From the IMG/VR virus record IMGVR_UViG_3300031951_000099: 64,000 nt of DNA; one strand, written 5' to 3'. The translations under genes were made by a program, and so were the position numbers. The notes under the pieces are model-generated. The model was not told the origin of the DNA and ran no database searches. It worked only from the letters and a program-made list of their open reading frames with translations. This document shows positions 48,690 through 57,569 of this stretch, one piece after another. The number at the start of each line of letters is the position of its first letter. Within the stretch, counting starts at the first letter, position 1. The DNA is from an uncultured virus (IMG/VR IMGVR_UViG_3300031951_000099). Taxonomy: Duplodnaviria; Heunggongvirae; Uroviricota; Caudoviricetes.

Positions 48690-49454
48690 ATGGCAGTCAG
48701 GTTTTTACAAGGGGTGAAATTTTCAGGTGGAACAATACGATTTGCTGATCCCGTAGTAGTTCCCGAAGTTCCATTTACGGTGCAAACATTTACTACGACC
48801 GGTGCAGGAAATTGGACCAAGCCGGTAGGAATCACGGAAGTGGTGGTGGAATGTTGGGGTGGTGGTGGTGCAGGTGGTGGATGTACGGTTAATAACGCAG
48901 GTGGCGGCGGTGGTGGAGGAGGAGGATACGCCAAAAAAACTATTTTTTATTCATCACCATCACAAAATATATCGTATTCAATCGGTACTGGCGGAACGGC
49001 AAGCACTGGTGATGGAACTGACGGTGGTGATACTACCTGGAATACTACGGACGTAATTGGTAGAGGTGGACAAGGGGGAATATCTGCGGCTAACGGAGGA
49101 ACCTCTGGTCGGGGTGGCGGCGATATTGACTTTAGTAGACCTGCCAACGTAGGTGACACAACGTATCGTGGTGGTAGAGCTCGTCCTGGTGCAGGTGGAA
49201 TAGGATCTAATTTAAACGGGGCCGGTGGTGGCGGCGCAGGATCAACTGGCGATGGTGGTGATGCTGGTGTTGAGGGTGGATTAGGAACCACGGAAAATGG
49301 TGGAAACGGTGCAAACGGACATGGGGCAGTAAGCTTTACAGGGCTACCTGGTTCTGTATATGGCGGCGGTGGAAGTGGAGCATTTAAAACAGGTGGAGGA
49401 AATCGTTCTGGTGGCGTTGGAGCACAAGGACTAATTCGTATCAGTTATCGTTAA
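48690..49454 (+). CDS. Glycine-rich domain protein (adhesin-like)
   Basis: FTTTGAGNWTKPVGITEVVVECWGGGGAGG...GGGGGGY...GAQGLIRISY. Confidence 0.8.
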   Translation: MAVRFLQGVKFSGGTIRFADPVVVPEVPFTVQTFTTTGAGNWTKPVGITEVVVECWGGGGAGGGCTVNNAGGGGGGGGGYAKKTIFYSSPSQNISYSIGTGGTASTGDGTDGGDTTWNTTDVIGRGGQGGISAANGGTSGRGGGDIDFSRPANVGDTTYRGGRARPGAGGIGSNLNGAGGGGAGSTGDGGDAGVEGGLGTTENGGNGANGHGAVSFTGLPGSVYGGGGSGAFKTGGGNRSGGVGAQGLIRISYR

Positions 49455-49471
49455 ATGGAGAATATAGATCC

Positions 49472-50665
49472 ATGAATATGATGGTTATTAAACCAGAGGG
49501 AACTAACTCAATTATTATTACTAATAAATTACGAAGTAATATATTAGGTGCATTCAACAACACCGTGCAAGTAGTTGTAATAGATTCCAACGGAAAAATA
49601 TATGTTGGTGGATTTTTTACTTCGTACCAAGGCGTTACAGCAAATTATATTATTAGACTCAACGCAGACGGAACCAAAGACACAGCGTTTGATAACTCAA
49701 CAGGGTTTAATGGAGGAGTTTATTCTATTGAGATTGACTCCAACGGAAAAATATATGTTGGTGGAAGTTTTACTAGTTATAAAGGCGTTGCAGCAAACGG
49801 TATTATCCGACTCAACGCAGATGGAACCAAAGACACAGCGTTTGATAATTCAACAGGGTTTACTATTCCAGCAGATACTGCGTCGGTTTATATCACAAAA
49901 ATTGATTCCAACGGAAAAATATATGTTGGTGGATTTTTTACTTCATACAAAGGAGTTCAAGCAAATTATATTATTAGACTCAACGCAGACGGAACCAAAG
50001 ACACAGCGTTTGATAACTCAACTGGGTTTGACGCGGAAGTAAATTCTATTGAGATTGACTCCAACGGAAAAATATATGTTGGTGGAAATTTTATTTTATA
50101 TAAAGGAGTGGAAGCAAATAGTATAATTCGTCTGAATCCGAATGGAACCAAAGATACGGGGTTTGATAATTCAACAGGGTTTGATGGTTCCGTTTTAAGA
50201 TTAATTTTAAATTCTAGTGGAAAGCTGTATGTTGGTGGAATTTTTGAATTATATAAAGGAGTTCAAGCAAATAGTATCATCAGACTCAATGCAGATGGAA
50301 CCAAAGACACAGCGTTTGATAACTCAACGGCGTTTGGAAATTTAGAACTTGTATATTCTTTGATTCTTGATACTAATGAAAAACTATATGTTGGTGGTAG
50401 TTTTACTACGTATAAAGGAGTTACGGCAAATAATATTATCAGATTAAATGCCGATGGAACGAAAGATACCAATTTTGATAATTCTATAGCGTTTGATAGT
50501 AGTGTTACATCTCTCGCGATTGACTCAAGCGGAAAATTATACGTCGGTGGAACTTTCAGCTCATATAAATCAATCACCGCTGAAAAAATAATTCGGTTAA
50601 ATGCGGATGGTAGTATAGACGCAACATCAATTCAATTACAAAATACTCAAATTGTTACTACTTAA
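49472..50665 (+). CDS. Seven-repeat beta-propeller protein (delta-60/DUF5122-like)
   Basis: Seven copies of IDSNGKIYVGG.F.SY.G..AN.IIRLNADGTKDT.FD. Confidence 0.88.
   Translation: MNMMVIKPEGTNSIIITNKLRSNILGAFNNTVQVVVIDSNGKIYVGGFFTSYQGVTANYIIRLNADGTKDTAFDNSTGFNGGVYSIEIDSNGKIYVGGSFTSYKGVAANGIIRLNADGTKDTAFDNSTGFTIPADTASVYITKIDSNGKIYVGGFFTSYKGVQANYIIRLNADGTKDTAFDNSTGFDAEVNSIEIDSNGKIYVGGNFILYKGVEANSIIRLNPNGTKDTGFDNSTGFDGSVLRLILNSSGKLYVGGIFELYKGVQANSIIRLNADGTKDTAFDNSTAFGNLELVYSLILDTNEKLYVGGSFTTYKGVTANNIIRLNADGTKDTNFDNSIAFDSSVTSLAIDSSGKLYVGGTFSSYKSITAEKIIRLNADGSIDATSIQLQNTQIVTT
49583..50620 (+). repeat. Tandem 153-168 nt propeller-blade repeats
   Basis: 63-nt exact match between 49639-49701 and 49960-50022. 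Confidence 0.9.
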
Positions 50666-50711
50666 TATTATTTATGAAATGGTTTTTACACCACAACCTA
50701 TTTTTAGACTC

Positions 50712-50719
50712 TATTTATA
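50712..50719 (+). promoter_or_regulatory. Putative late promoter TATTTATA
   Basis: 30 nt before ATG 50750. Confidence 0.6.
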
Positions 50720-50749
50720 GATTGACGGAAACTTGAAGAGAATAACATT

Positions 50750-52837
50750 ATGCCATTTTTTTATACCGATTCTGGAAGTTTTAACAATTTAGAAGTCACC
50801 GGCAGTACGATTCTTTCCGGCTCGTTGATTGTATCGGGTGCGACCAATTTCGGTCCTTCGGGATTGACAGGATCGTTGTTTGGAACTGCCAGTTATGCAG
50901 ATAGTGCGTCCTATGCGTTAACCGCCTCGTATGCAACAAATGCTGTGTCTACTCCCGCATTCCCATTCAGTGGATCAGCAGTTATTACGGGATCGTTGTT
51001 GGTGAGTGGGAGCGGAATAAATGTTACAGCATCTTCTTTTACGTTAGAAAATCAAGGTAATAAATTAACAATAGAAAAGACTCCTGGTGGTGCTTTCGGA
51101 TCAAGTATTACTACTAACGATGTCTTTTACGTTGGCACTGGTGATTATTTTATATTAGGTGAAACTCCCTATGTTGGCGCAGAAGATTTAACTGGATTTT
51201 GGGCTAATGATATTAGATCAACAATTAACGTGTATGGGGGGTCCGTAGGCATTGGAATACAATCAAGCCAAACTAACCGATTGGCAGTTAGTGGTAGTGT
51301 GTTAGCATCCTCCTACACCAGTTCCCTCAATAACCAAGTCGGATTCTTTGGTACTTCAAGTTTTGCCGTTTCTTCGTCACGAGCAATATCGGCAAGTTTC
51401 GCACAAACCGCAATATCCGCATCTTATTTTTCTGGAAGTGTATCGTTCCCCGATGGATTGACGGTGGGACAGTTAACGGCGTCAAACGCTCAGTTAACGA
51501 ATATTGCAGTAACCCAATTAACTGCATCAAACGCTCAGTTAACGAATATTGTGGATACGACAGCAACAAATAAAATTTTGGTCTTGAACACGGCAACTAA
51601 CCAAATTCATACTACTTCATCGGTGGGAACCGGTGGTGGAAGTGGAGCAGGGTTCCCCTTTAACGGGTCAGCGGTTATCACCGGTTCGCTACTTGTATCA
51701 GGATCATCTAACGTATTACGAGCAATTGGAAGCGGATCTACAGTATTTTCTGTGTCAGGAAGTTTGGGTGCACTCTTTGAAGTGATTGACAGTGCTTCTG
51801 GTGAACTCTTTACCATTTCGTCGGCAAGTATAGACATTTTTAAAATAGATAATAAAAAAAATATACATGTATCAGGAGCATTAAACGTCAACGGACCAAC
51901 AACACTTTCAGGATCGTTGATTGTTTCTAGTTCCAATAATAGTCCAGTAACAATTAGTGGTAGTGTGAATGATTTCTTTGAATTAGAAGTTGTCAATGCG
52001 TCTGCGGGAAACAATGCAAGTGCTGATGTGGTAGTTTCATCAAATAATACCACGGATTTTGGAAACTATGCGTCATTTGGTATTAATAGTACTACGTTTA
52101 ATGGTCCGTTGGTCGGTGGGGCAAGTGATGCGTATTTGTATGTAACCTCCAGTGTCGGTGAATTGGATATCGGTCATGCGCATCCTGGCGCAAATAGTAA
52201 TATCCGATTATTTACCAATGGACCAAACAGTACCGCAAACACACGGGTATTTATTAGTGCCAGTGGAAATGTAGGAATTGGAACAGCAACGCCAAACGAA
52301 CGGTTGGTTGTTGCAGGGAATCAAGTAATTTCAGGGTCATTGACCGTATCTGGATCACGAGCAATAACTGCCACAGGATCACTCACTCTGTTATCAAGTT
52401 CCTTAACAATAAACACTGGTTCAATTTCCATAAACACCGGGTCATTAACTGTTGATCAATTGCCTGGACAGACTTCAGGAATAACCCTCCGTGTTACTGG
52501 ATCTAATCAAGTTTTATATATTGGAAACGATGGTCAGGGGTCATCGTTCTTGAAAACTAATAATACACAACTCCGATTTGGGGGGTTGGGATTTAACGGA
52601 TTTGCGTGGGACGGATTATCACTGTATCCTGAAACAACTGATGAAGAAAATTTAGGAAGTACAAGTAATAGATGGAACCGATTAATAGTGAACCAAGTAA
52701 CTGCATCCATCGTTTCCGCATCGGCTGGTATTACGGGTTCTCTCGCACAATTTAATCCCGTCTCACTAAAACTTACCGTAGGAACTACCGCACCAGGCAG
52801 TCCCGCAGTCAATGACTTATGGGTAGACACGAACTAA
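50750..52837 (+). CDS. Ser-rich fibre protein
   Basis: FPFSGSAVITGSL twice, GNVGIGT, domains shared with 41586; ends TAPGSPAVNDLWVDTN. Confidence 0.75.
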   Translation: MPFFYTDSGSFNNLEVTGSTILSGSLIVSGATNFGPSGLTGSLFGTASYADSASYALTASYATNAVSTPAFPFSGSAVITGSLLVSGSGINVTASSFTLENQGNKLTIEKTPGGAFGSSITTNDVFYVGTGDYFILGETPYVGAEDLTGFWANDIRSTINVYGGSVGIGIQSSQTNRLAVSGSVLASSYTSSLNNQVGFFGTSSFAVSSSRAISASFAQTAISASYFSGSVSFPDGLTVGQLTASNAQLTNIAVTQLTASNAQLTNIVDTTATNKILVLNTATNQIHTTSSVGTGGGSGAGFPFNGSAVITGSLLVSGSSNVLRAIGSGSTVFSVSGSLGALFEVIDSASGELFTISSASIDIFKIDNKKNIHVSGALNVNGPTTLSGSLIVSSSNNSPVTISGSVNDFFELEVVNASAGNNASADVVVSSNNTTDFGNYASFGINSTTFNGPLVGGASDAYLYVTSSVGELDIGHAHPGANSNIRLFTNGPNSTANTRVFISASGNVGIGTATPNERLVVAGNQVISGSLTVSGSRAITATGSLTLLSSSLTINTGSISINTGSLTVDQLPGQTSGITLRVTGSNQVLYIGNDGQGSSFLKTNNTQLRFGGLGFNGFAWDGLSLYPETTDEENLGSTSNRWNRLIVNQVTASIVSASAGITGSLAQFNPVSLKLTVGTTAPGSPAVNDLWVDTN

Positions 52838-52849
52838 AAGGAATAAATT

Positions 52850-54778
52850 ATGGCAACAAGAATTAAAACCGTAGAATATTGGCTGGGAGGTAGTAACACG
52901 ACACTGGCATCAAACACTCGTCGTGACTTTACACAAGTGGCAGTTCGTCTACCAGAAACATCAAAAGTATTCCGTTCGGTACGTCTTATCGTACATGTGA
53001 TGGATGCGCAGACGACTGCAGCAACCATGACAAACCCAGTACTCGGTATTCAGATTGGGGCAGTGGCATTCAGTAATGCAACGCTTGGTAACCCACCAGC
53101 CAACTCGGGTGAACATGGAGCATATATATTTGAACGAGATGTTACAGCATATTTTACAACAAACTTTACGACACAAGTACATAACGTCGGGGCTGGAGTG
53201 CAGTTCACCGGTCCAACCACGATTAATCATTCTGCCAAAATTATTATCACATATGAATATGATGATGCGTCTACTGAACACGTAAAGACGGTGCGTATTC
53301 CCATTGAATCAAATACTGGTGCCTTAACGACCACGTTGGCAAACATTGGTACCACGCAAATTCCTGCATTGGATACGTTCCTTCCAGAAGCATCTAAAAC
53401 ATATCGTCGTGTATGGATTGAAGCAATCTACAACGACCAAGCCACGGGTGCTACTAACGACCCTACGTTAGGTATCAGCGTGGCAGGTGGTGCAGAACAG
53501 TTGTCAGGTGCTCACTTTACCGACCTTGCATCTGCTCGTGCAATGGTATACATGTATGACCAAGGGGCAACGCCAGTTTGGGCGACTAACACGGCACAGA
53601 ACATTCAAGCTCGTACATCTGCCGTAACGAACGGTGCAGCATTTAATCACATTGCCTTTTTGTTATGTGTCACCTATACGTTTGACCCCGCAACAACGAC
53701 TCGCGTATTGAATTCCGTGGCATTGGTGCTTCCCCCAATCTTCACACCGGGTGGTACTACCGCTAACGATTCAAACGAACAGACATTTGATTTATGGGTG
53801 CAAGAACCTGGAACCATTACATTACGACAATCGGGAGCAGTTATATACTATTCACAGACCGCCGCAGTTGGTCCTCGTATTGCATTCGGCGCACAAGCAG
53901 AACGTTCGTATACGGATACCAACGTGTTAAATTGTGGGGTAACCTTCGTGTGTCAGCGAGTAGACAGTGGTGGTGCGCAAGGTGCGGGTATTACGCTTGC
54001 GCGAGGAAAGAATACCTTCAATTTCGGTGTATCTATTGGTACACTAGGCACTTCACCTAGTAACTTTGGTGGAATGATGTATCTCAATTACGAATCTGAC
54101 CAATCTGCATTGGGAGTGGGTGCGCACAATCAATCTCTATTGTTCGGTATCCAGAATAGTCAAGCAGCGGGTAACCAAAGTAACATCACTGCCGCACAAT
54201 TCATCTTCTTACCATCAACACACTGGTTCCGTTCTAATCTCGGGTTTTTGAGTAATCAAGTTATAAATGCTCCGTCAATTACTTTTACGCAGTTTGAATG
54301 TGAATCGGCTGTAGGGGAATTGTCGGGAGGTGGCTGGGAAAATCAAGGAGCCATTCCGTTGGTTGCAGAAACGGAATTGGGTTGGTATCCAGCGTCAACC
54401 AATGTCGGATTACAATCCCCGAACGATTGGGACCGATGGACCGATGACCCAGACACGACCAGAATGAGTCTTACTGCGTCACGTAGATGGCGTATTATCA
54501 ATGGAGTGACTTCTACTCTTCCATTGGCAGTGTGGACAACGGTACATAATATCATCTACACCGTCACCTCAACTATTTCTGGGTCGTCTGGTGGAACGGT
54601 TACGGCAAGATTGTGTCGCGTCTCGGATGGAACCTTACTCAAGAGCACAACTCGTGTCGGAAATGGTGATGTCACATTTACATGGTATGATAATGTGGAC
54701 GAAGTGTTTGTTGAGGCCCGTGAAACTGATGCGTTGGTCGGACGGTCGGGTAATGGAACTGCAACGGGTAGTCCATAA
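52850..54778 (+). CDS. Probable virion structural/receptor-binding protein of unknown family
   Basis: 642-aa beta-rich ORF with AAGGA SD, located in the fibre block. Confidence 0.6.
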   Translation: MATRIKTVEYWLGGSNTTLASNTRRDFTQVAVRLPETSKVFRSVRLIVHVMDAQTTAATMTNPVLGIQIGAVAFSNATLGNPPANSGEHGAYIFERDVTAYFTTNFTTQVHNVGAGVQFTGPTTINHSAKIIITYEYDDASTEHVKTVRIPIESNTGALTTTLANIGTTQIPALDTFLPEASKTYRRVWIEAIYNDQATGATNDPTLGISVAGGAEQLSGAHFTDLASARAMVYMYDQGATPVWATNTAQNIQARTSAVTNGAAFNHIAFLLCVTYTFDPATTTRVLNSVALVLPPIFTPGGTTANDSNEQTFDLWVQEPGTITLRQSGAVIYYSQTAAVGPRIAFGAQAERSYTDTNVLNCGVTFVCQRVDSGGAQGAGITLARGKNTFNFGVSIGTLGTSPSNFGGMMYLNYESDQSALGVGAHNQSLLFGIQNSQAAGNQSNITAAQFIFLPSTHWFRSNLGFLSNQVINAPSITFTQFECESAVGELSGGGWENQGAIPLVAETELGWYPASTNVGLQSPNDWDRWTDDPDTTRMSLTASRRWRIINGVTSTLPLAVWTTVHNIIYTVTSTISGSSGGTVTARLCRVSDGTLLKSTTRVGNGDVTFTWYDNVDEVFVEARETDALVGRSGNGTATGSP

Positions 54779-54987
54779 TGGCGTTTGATACAATTGTACT
54801 ACGAGACGGTGGAGCCGGTACCTTTGACGTTGCACTATCGTCGGCGGCAGGAAACACTGGACAAATTAAAGTCTGGACAGGTGCTGCATGGACGGCAAAA
54901 CCCATGAAAGTGTGGACGGGTGCTGCATGGGTAATAAAACCCGTCAAGTATTGGGATGGAACTCAGTGGACGGTAACACCGTATTAA
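54778..54987 (+). CDS. 69-aa protein with three K(V/Y)W(T/D)G..W repeats
   Basis: TAATG coupling; IKVWTGAAWTAKPMKVWTGAAWVIKPVKYWDGTQW. Confidence 0.75.
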   Translation: MAFDTIVLRDGGAGTFDVALSSAAGNTGQIKVWTGAAWTAKPMKVWTGAAWVIKPVKYWDGTQWTVTPY

Positions 54988-54993
54988 ACCCAC

Positions 54994-55022
54994 TTGACAA
55001 CAAAGTGAATAATATGTATATT
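54994..55022 (+). promoter_or_regulatory. Canonical sigma70-type promoter
   Basis: TTGACA (54994-54999), 17-nt spacer, TATATT (55017-55022), then GAGGG SD and ATG 55054. Confidence 0.8.
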
Positions 55023-55053
55023 GGTAAGTTAAAGGTTTCCTCACGAGGGTTAT

Positions 55054-56331
55054 ATGGCTCCAAGAAAAAAGAAAAAAGTTTCTAATCCAACGATTTATAT
55101 ACAAATTGCCGCATACCGAGATCCTGAATTATTAAATACATTACGGGATTGTTTAGCAAATGCTGATCATCCTGATAGATTACGATTTGGTATTGCCTGG
55201 CAACATTCCCCATACGAAGAGTGGGATAACTTAGACGAGTTTAAAGATGATTCTCGTTTTGATATTATTGATATTGATTATCGTGATGCGAAGGGTCCGT
55301 GTTGGGCGAGACATCAACTAAATAAAGCCTATAATAAAGAAACGTATACAATGCAGTTAGATTCCCATCACAGGTTTAGTAAGGGATGGGATACTACAGT
55401 TATTGAGATGCTGGAAAGTCTTCGTTCAAAAGATTGCCCAAAACCACTATTAAGTTCCTATCTTCCCAGTTTTGATCCAAAAAACGATCCCGCTGGTAGA
55501 ATGATGATACCGTGGATTATGGAATTTGACCGGTTTGCTCCTGAAGGGCCCGTACACTTTTTACCGCACACCATAGATAATTTTAAAGAACTAGATCGTC
55601 CAATGCCGTCACGATTTATTTCGGGTCATTTTATTTTTGCCGATGGGAAATTTTGTAAAGAAGTGGAATATGACCCCACGTACTATTTTCATGGAGAAGA
55701 GATCAATCTGTCTGTACGAGCGTATATGGCGGGGTATGATTTATTTGCTCCACATAGACCAGTTATTTGGCATGAATATACACGAGAAGGTAAAAAGAAA
55801 CATTGGGATGACCATACTGATTGGAAAGAATTAGATACTACATCCCACAAACATAATAGAACTTTACTAGGTATTGATGTAATCTCACCATCAAATAAAT
55901 TAGTAAAAAAACAAGTTAGATCATTAGAACAATATGAATTGTATGCGGGATTAAAGTTTAGTACACGACAAGTACATAGAGATACGATTACCAAGAAATT
56001 ACCTCCCGTGTCAATAGATGAAGTATATCATGCACAGGGATTGGCAAAATACCATAGAATGTGTATAGACGTACATAGACCAGAATTTACAGAAAATGAT
56101 TATAATGTTTGGGTAATTGCATTTGAAAATAAAGAAGGGGTAGAAATTCATAGAGAAGACGCATATGAACAGGAAATTCAGAGAATTTTAAGTGTTCCGT
56201 ATGAACAAGATAAATTTTCACACATCTGGAGAAATTTTTATCACGACGACCTACCAGCAAAATGGATAGTATGGCCTCATAGTTTGAGTAAAGGATGGAT
56301 GACTAGATTATCTGGAGAGTTTAACATATGA
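55054..56331 (+). CDS. GT60/Gnt1-like polypeptide GlcNAc transferase, paralog 1
   Basis: IYIQIAAYRDPEL, GPCWAR, QLDSHHRF..GWD, FISGHFIF, DPTYYFHGEEI..SVRAY..GYDLF.P...IWHEY. Confidence 0.85.
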   Translation: MAPRKKKKVSNPTIYIQIAAYRDPELLNTLRDCLANADHPDRLRFGIAWQHSPYEEWDNLDEFKDDSRFDIIDIDYRDAKGPCWARHQLNKAYNKETYTMQLDSHHRFSKGWDTTVIEMLESLRSKDCPKPLLSSYLPSFDPKNDPAGRMMIPWIMEFDRFAPEGPVHFLPHTIDNFKELDRPMPSRFISGHFIFADGKFCKEVEYDPTYYFHGEEINLSVRAYMAGYDLFAPHRPVIWHEYTREGKKKHWDDHTDWKELDTTSHKHNRTLLGIDVISPSNKLVKKQVRSLEQYELYAGLKFSTRQVHRDTITKKLPPVSIDEVYHAQGLAKYHRMCIDVHRPEFTENDYNVWVIAFENKEGVEIHREDAYEQEIQRILSVPYEQDKFSHIWRNFYHDDLPAKWIVWPHSLSKGWMTRLSGEFNI

Positions 56332-57569
56332 AAAAGAATCAAAACATTTTTATTCAAATTGCCGCATACCGAGATCCAGAATTATTACCAACGATTCGTA
56401 GTTGTATTGCAAATGCAAAGAAACCCAAAAATTTACGTTTTTGTATTGCGTGGCAACATGCAACCGAGGATGATTGGGATACGTTAGATGAATTTAAAAA
56501 CGATGCTCGTTTTAAAATTCTTGATATACCTCATTTACAAACTAGAGGAACGTGTTGGGCACGATACCAAATTCAAAAGCATTGGACTGATGAAGCTTAC
56601 ACGTTACAGTTAGATTCACATCACCGATTTGCAAAAGATTGGGATGATACACTAATTAAAATGGTAAAGGATTTACAAAAAGTAGGACACAAAAAGCCAT
56701 TACTGACTGCATATGTATCAAGTTACGAACCACACAATGATCCTACTGGTAGAGCAACAGATCCGTGGTTTTTGACATTTGACAGATTTACGCCACAGGG
56801 AGCAGTATTTTTTATTCCATCCGTAATTCCAGATTGGCAAAATAGAACACTTCCATATCCGAGTCGATTCTATTCAGCACACTTTGGATTTACCCTTGGA
56901 CAATTCTGTAAAGAAGTTCCTCACGATCCCAATTATTTATTTCATGGCGAAGAAATTTCTATTGCTGCCCGAGCCTATACATGGGGTTATGATTTGTTTT
57001 CTCCTCATAAACCAGTAGTATATCATGAATATTCTCGGGAACATCGTCCACGAAAGTCGTGGGATGATATAGCAGAATGGGGACGTTGGGATAATGCTTC
57101 TTTGGCAAGAAATAGACGATTACTCCGCATTGACGGAGAACATGATCCGGCAGAAGATTTCGGTGATTTTGGATTTGGAACTATTAGAACGCTTGAAGAT
57201 TATGAAAATTATGCAGGTATTAAATTTGATACACGATCTGTGCAACAATATACGTTAGATCACAAAGAACCTCCTAATCCTCCAGGAGAACCATATCTAC
57301 GTGTATTCAAACATTGTATTGATATACCAATATCATGGGTACCGTACAATGATTATGATGTATGGGCAGTGGCATTTGAAAATAAAGAAGGGGTAGAAAT
57401 TCATAGAGAAGATGCCAATGAACAAGAAATTTTGATGATGAAAAACGACTCCGCCGGATATTGTAAACTCTGGAGAATATTTCACACATTAGACCAGCCA
57501 AAACGATGGATTGTGTGGCCACACTCAAGAGAACATGGATGGGGTGAACGGTTGACAGGAGAACTATGA
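56328..57569 (+). CDS. GT60/Gnt1-like polypeptide GlcNAc transferase, paralog 2
   Basis: IFIQIAAYRDPEL, GTCWAR, QLDSHHRFAKDWD, FHGEEISIAARAYTWGYDLFSP. Confidence 0.85.
   Translation: MKKNQNIFIQIAAYRDPELLPTIRSCIANAKKPKNLRFCIAWQHATEDDWDTLDEFKNDARFKILDIPHLQTRGTCWARYQIQKHWTDEAYTLQLDSHHRFAKDWDDTLIKMVKDLQKVGHKKPLLTAYVSSYEPHNDPTGRATDPWFLTFDRFTPQGAVFFIPSVIPDWQNRTLPYPSRFYSAHFGFTLGQFCKEVPHDPNYLFHGEEISIAARAYTWGYDLFSPHKPVVYHEYSREHRPRKSWDDIAEWGRWDNASLARNRRLLRIDGEHDPAEDFGDFGFGTIRTLEDYENYAGIKFDTRSVQQYTLDHKEPPNPPGEPYLRVFKHCIDIPISWVPYNDYDVWAVAFENKEGVEIHREDANEQEILMMKNDSAGYCKLWRIFHTLDQPKRWIVWPHSREHGWGERLTGEL

Noticed and set aside
49472..50665. Diversity-generating retroelement or CRISPR array suggested by near-identical repeats
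   Set aside because: The repeats are in-frame protein blades, differences are not adenine-specific, there are no unique spacers, and no reverse transcriptase or cas gene is in the window.
10029..50719. Reading TATTTATA as T4-type TATAAATA promoters firing on the minus strand
   Set aside because: Spacing tracks + strand start codons and there are no credible minus-strand genes. Antisense transcription cannot be strictly excluded.
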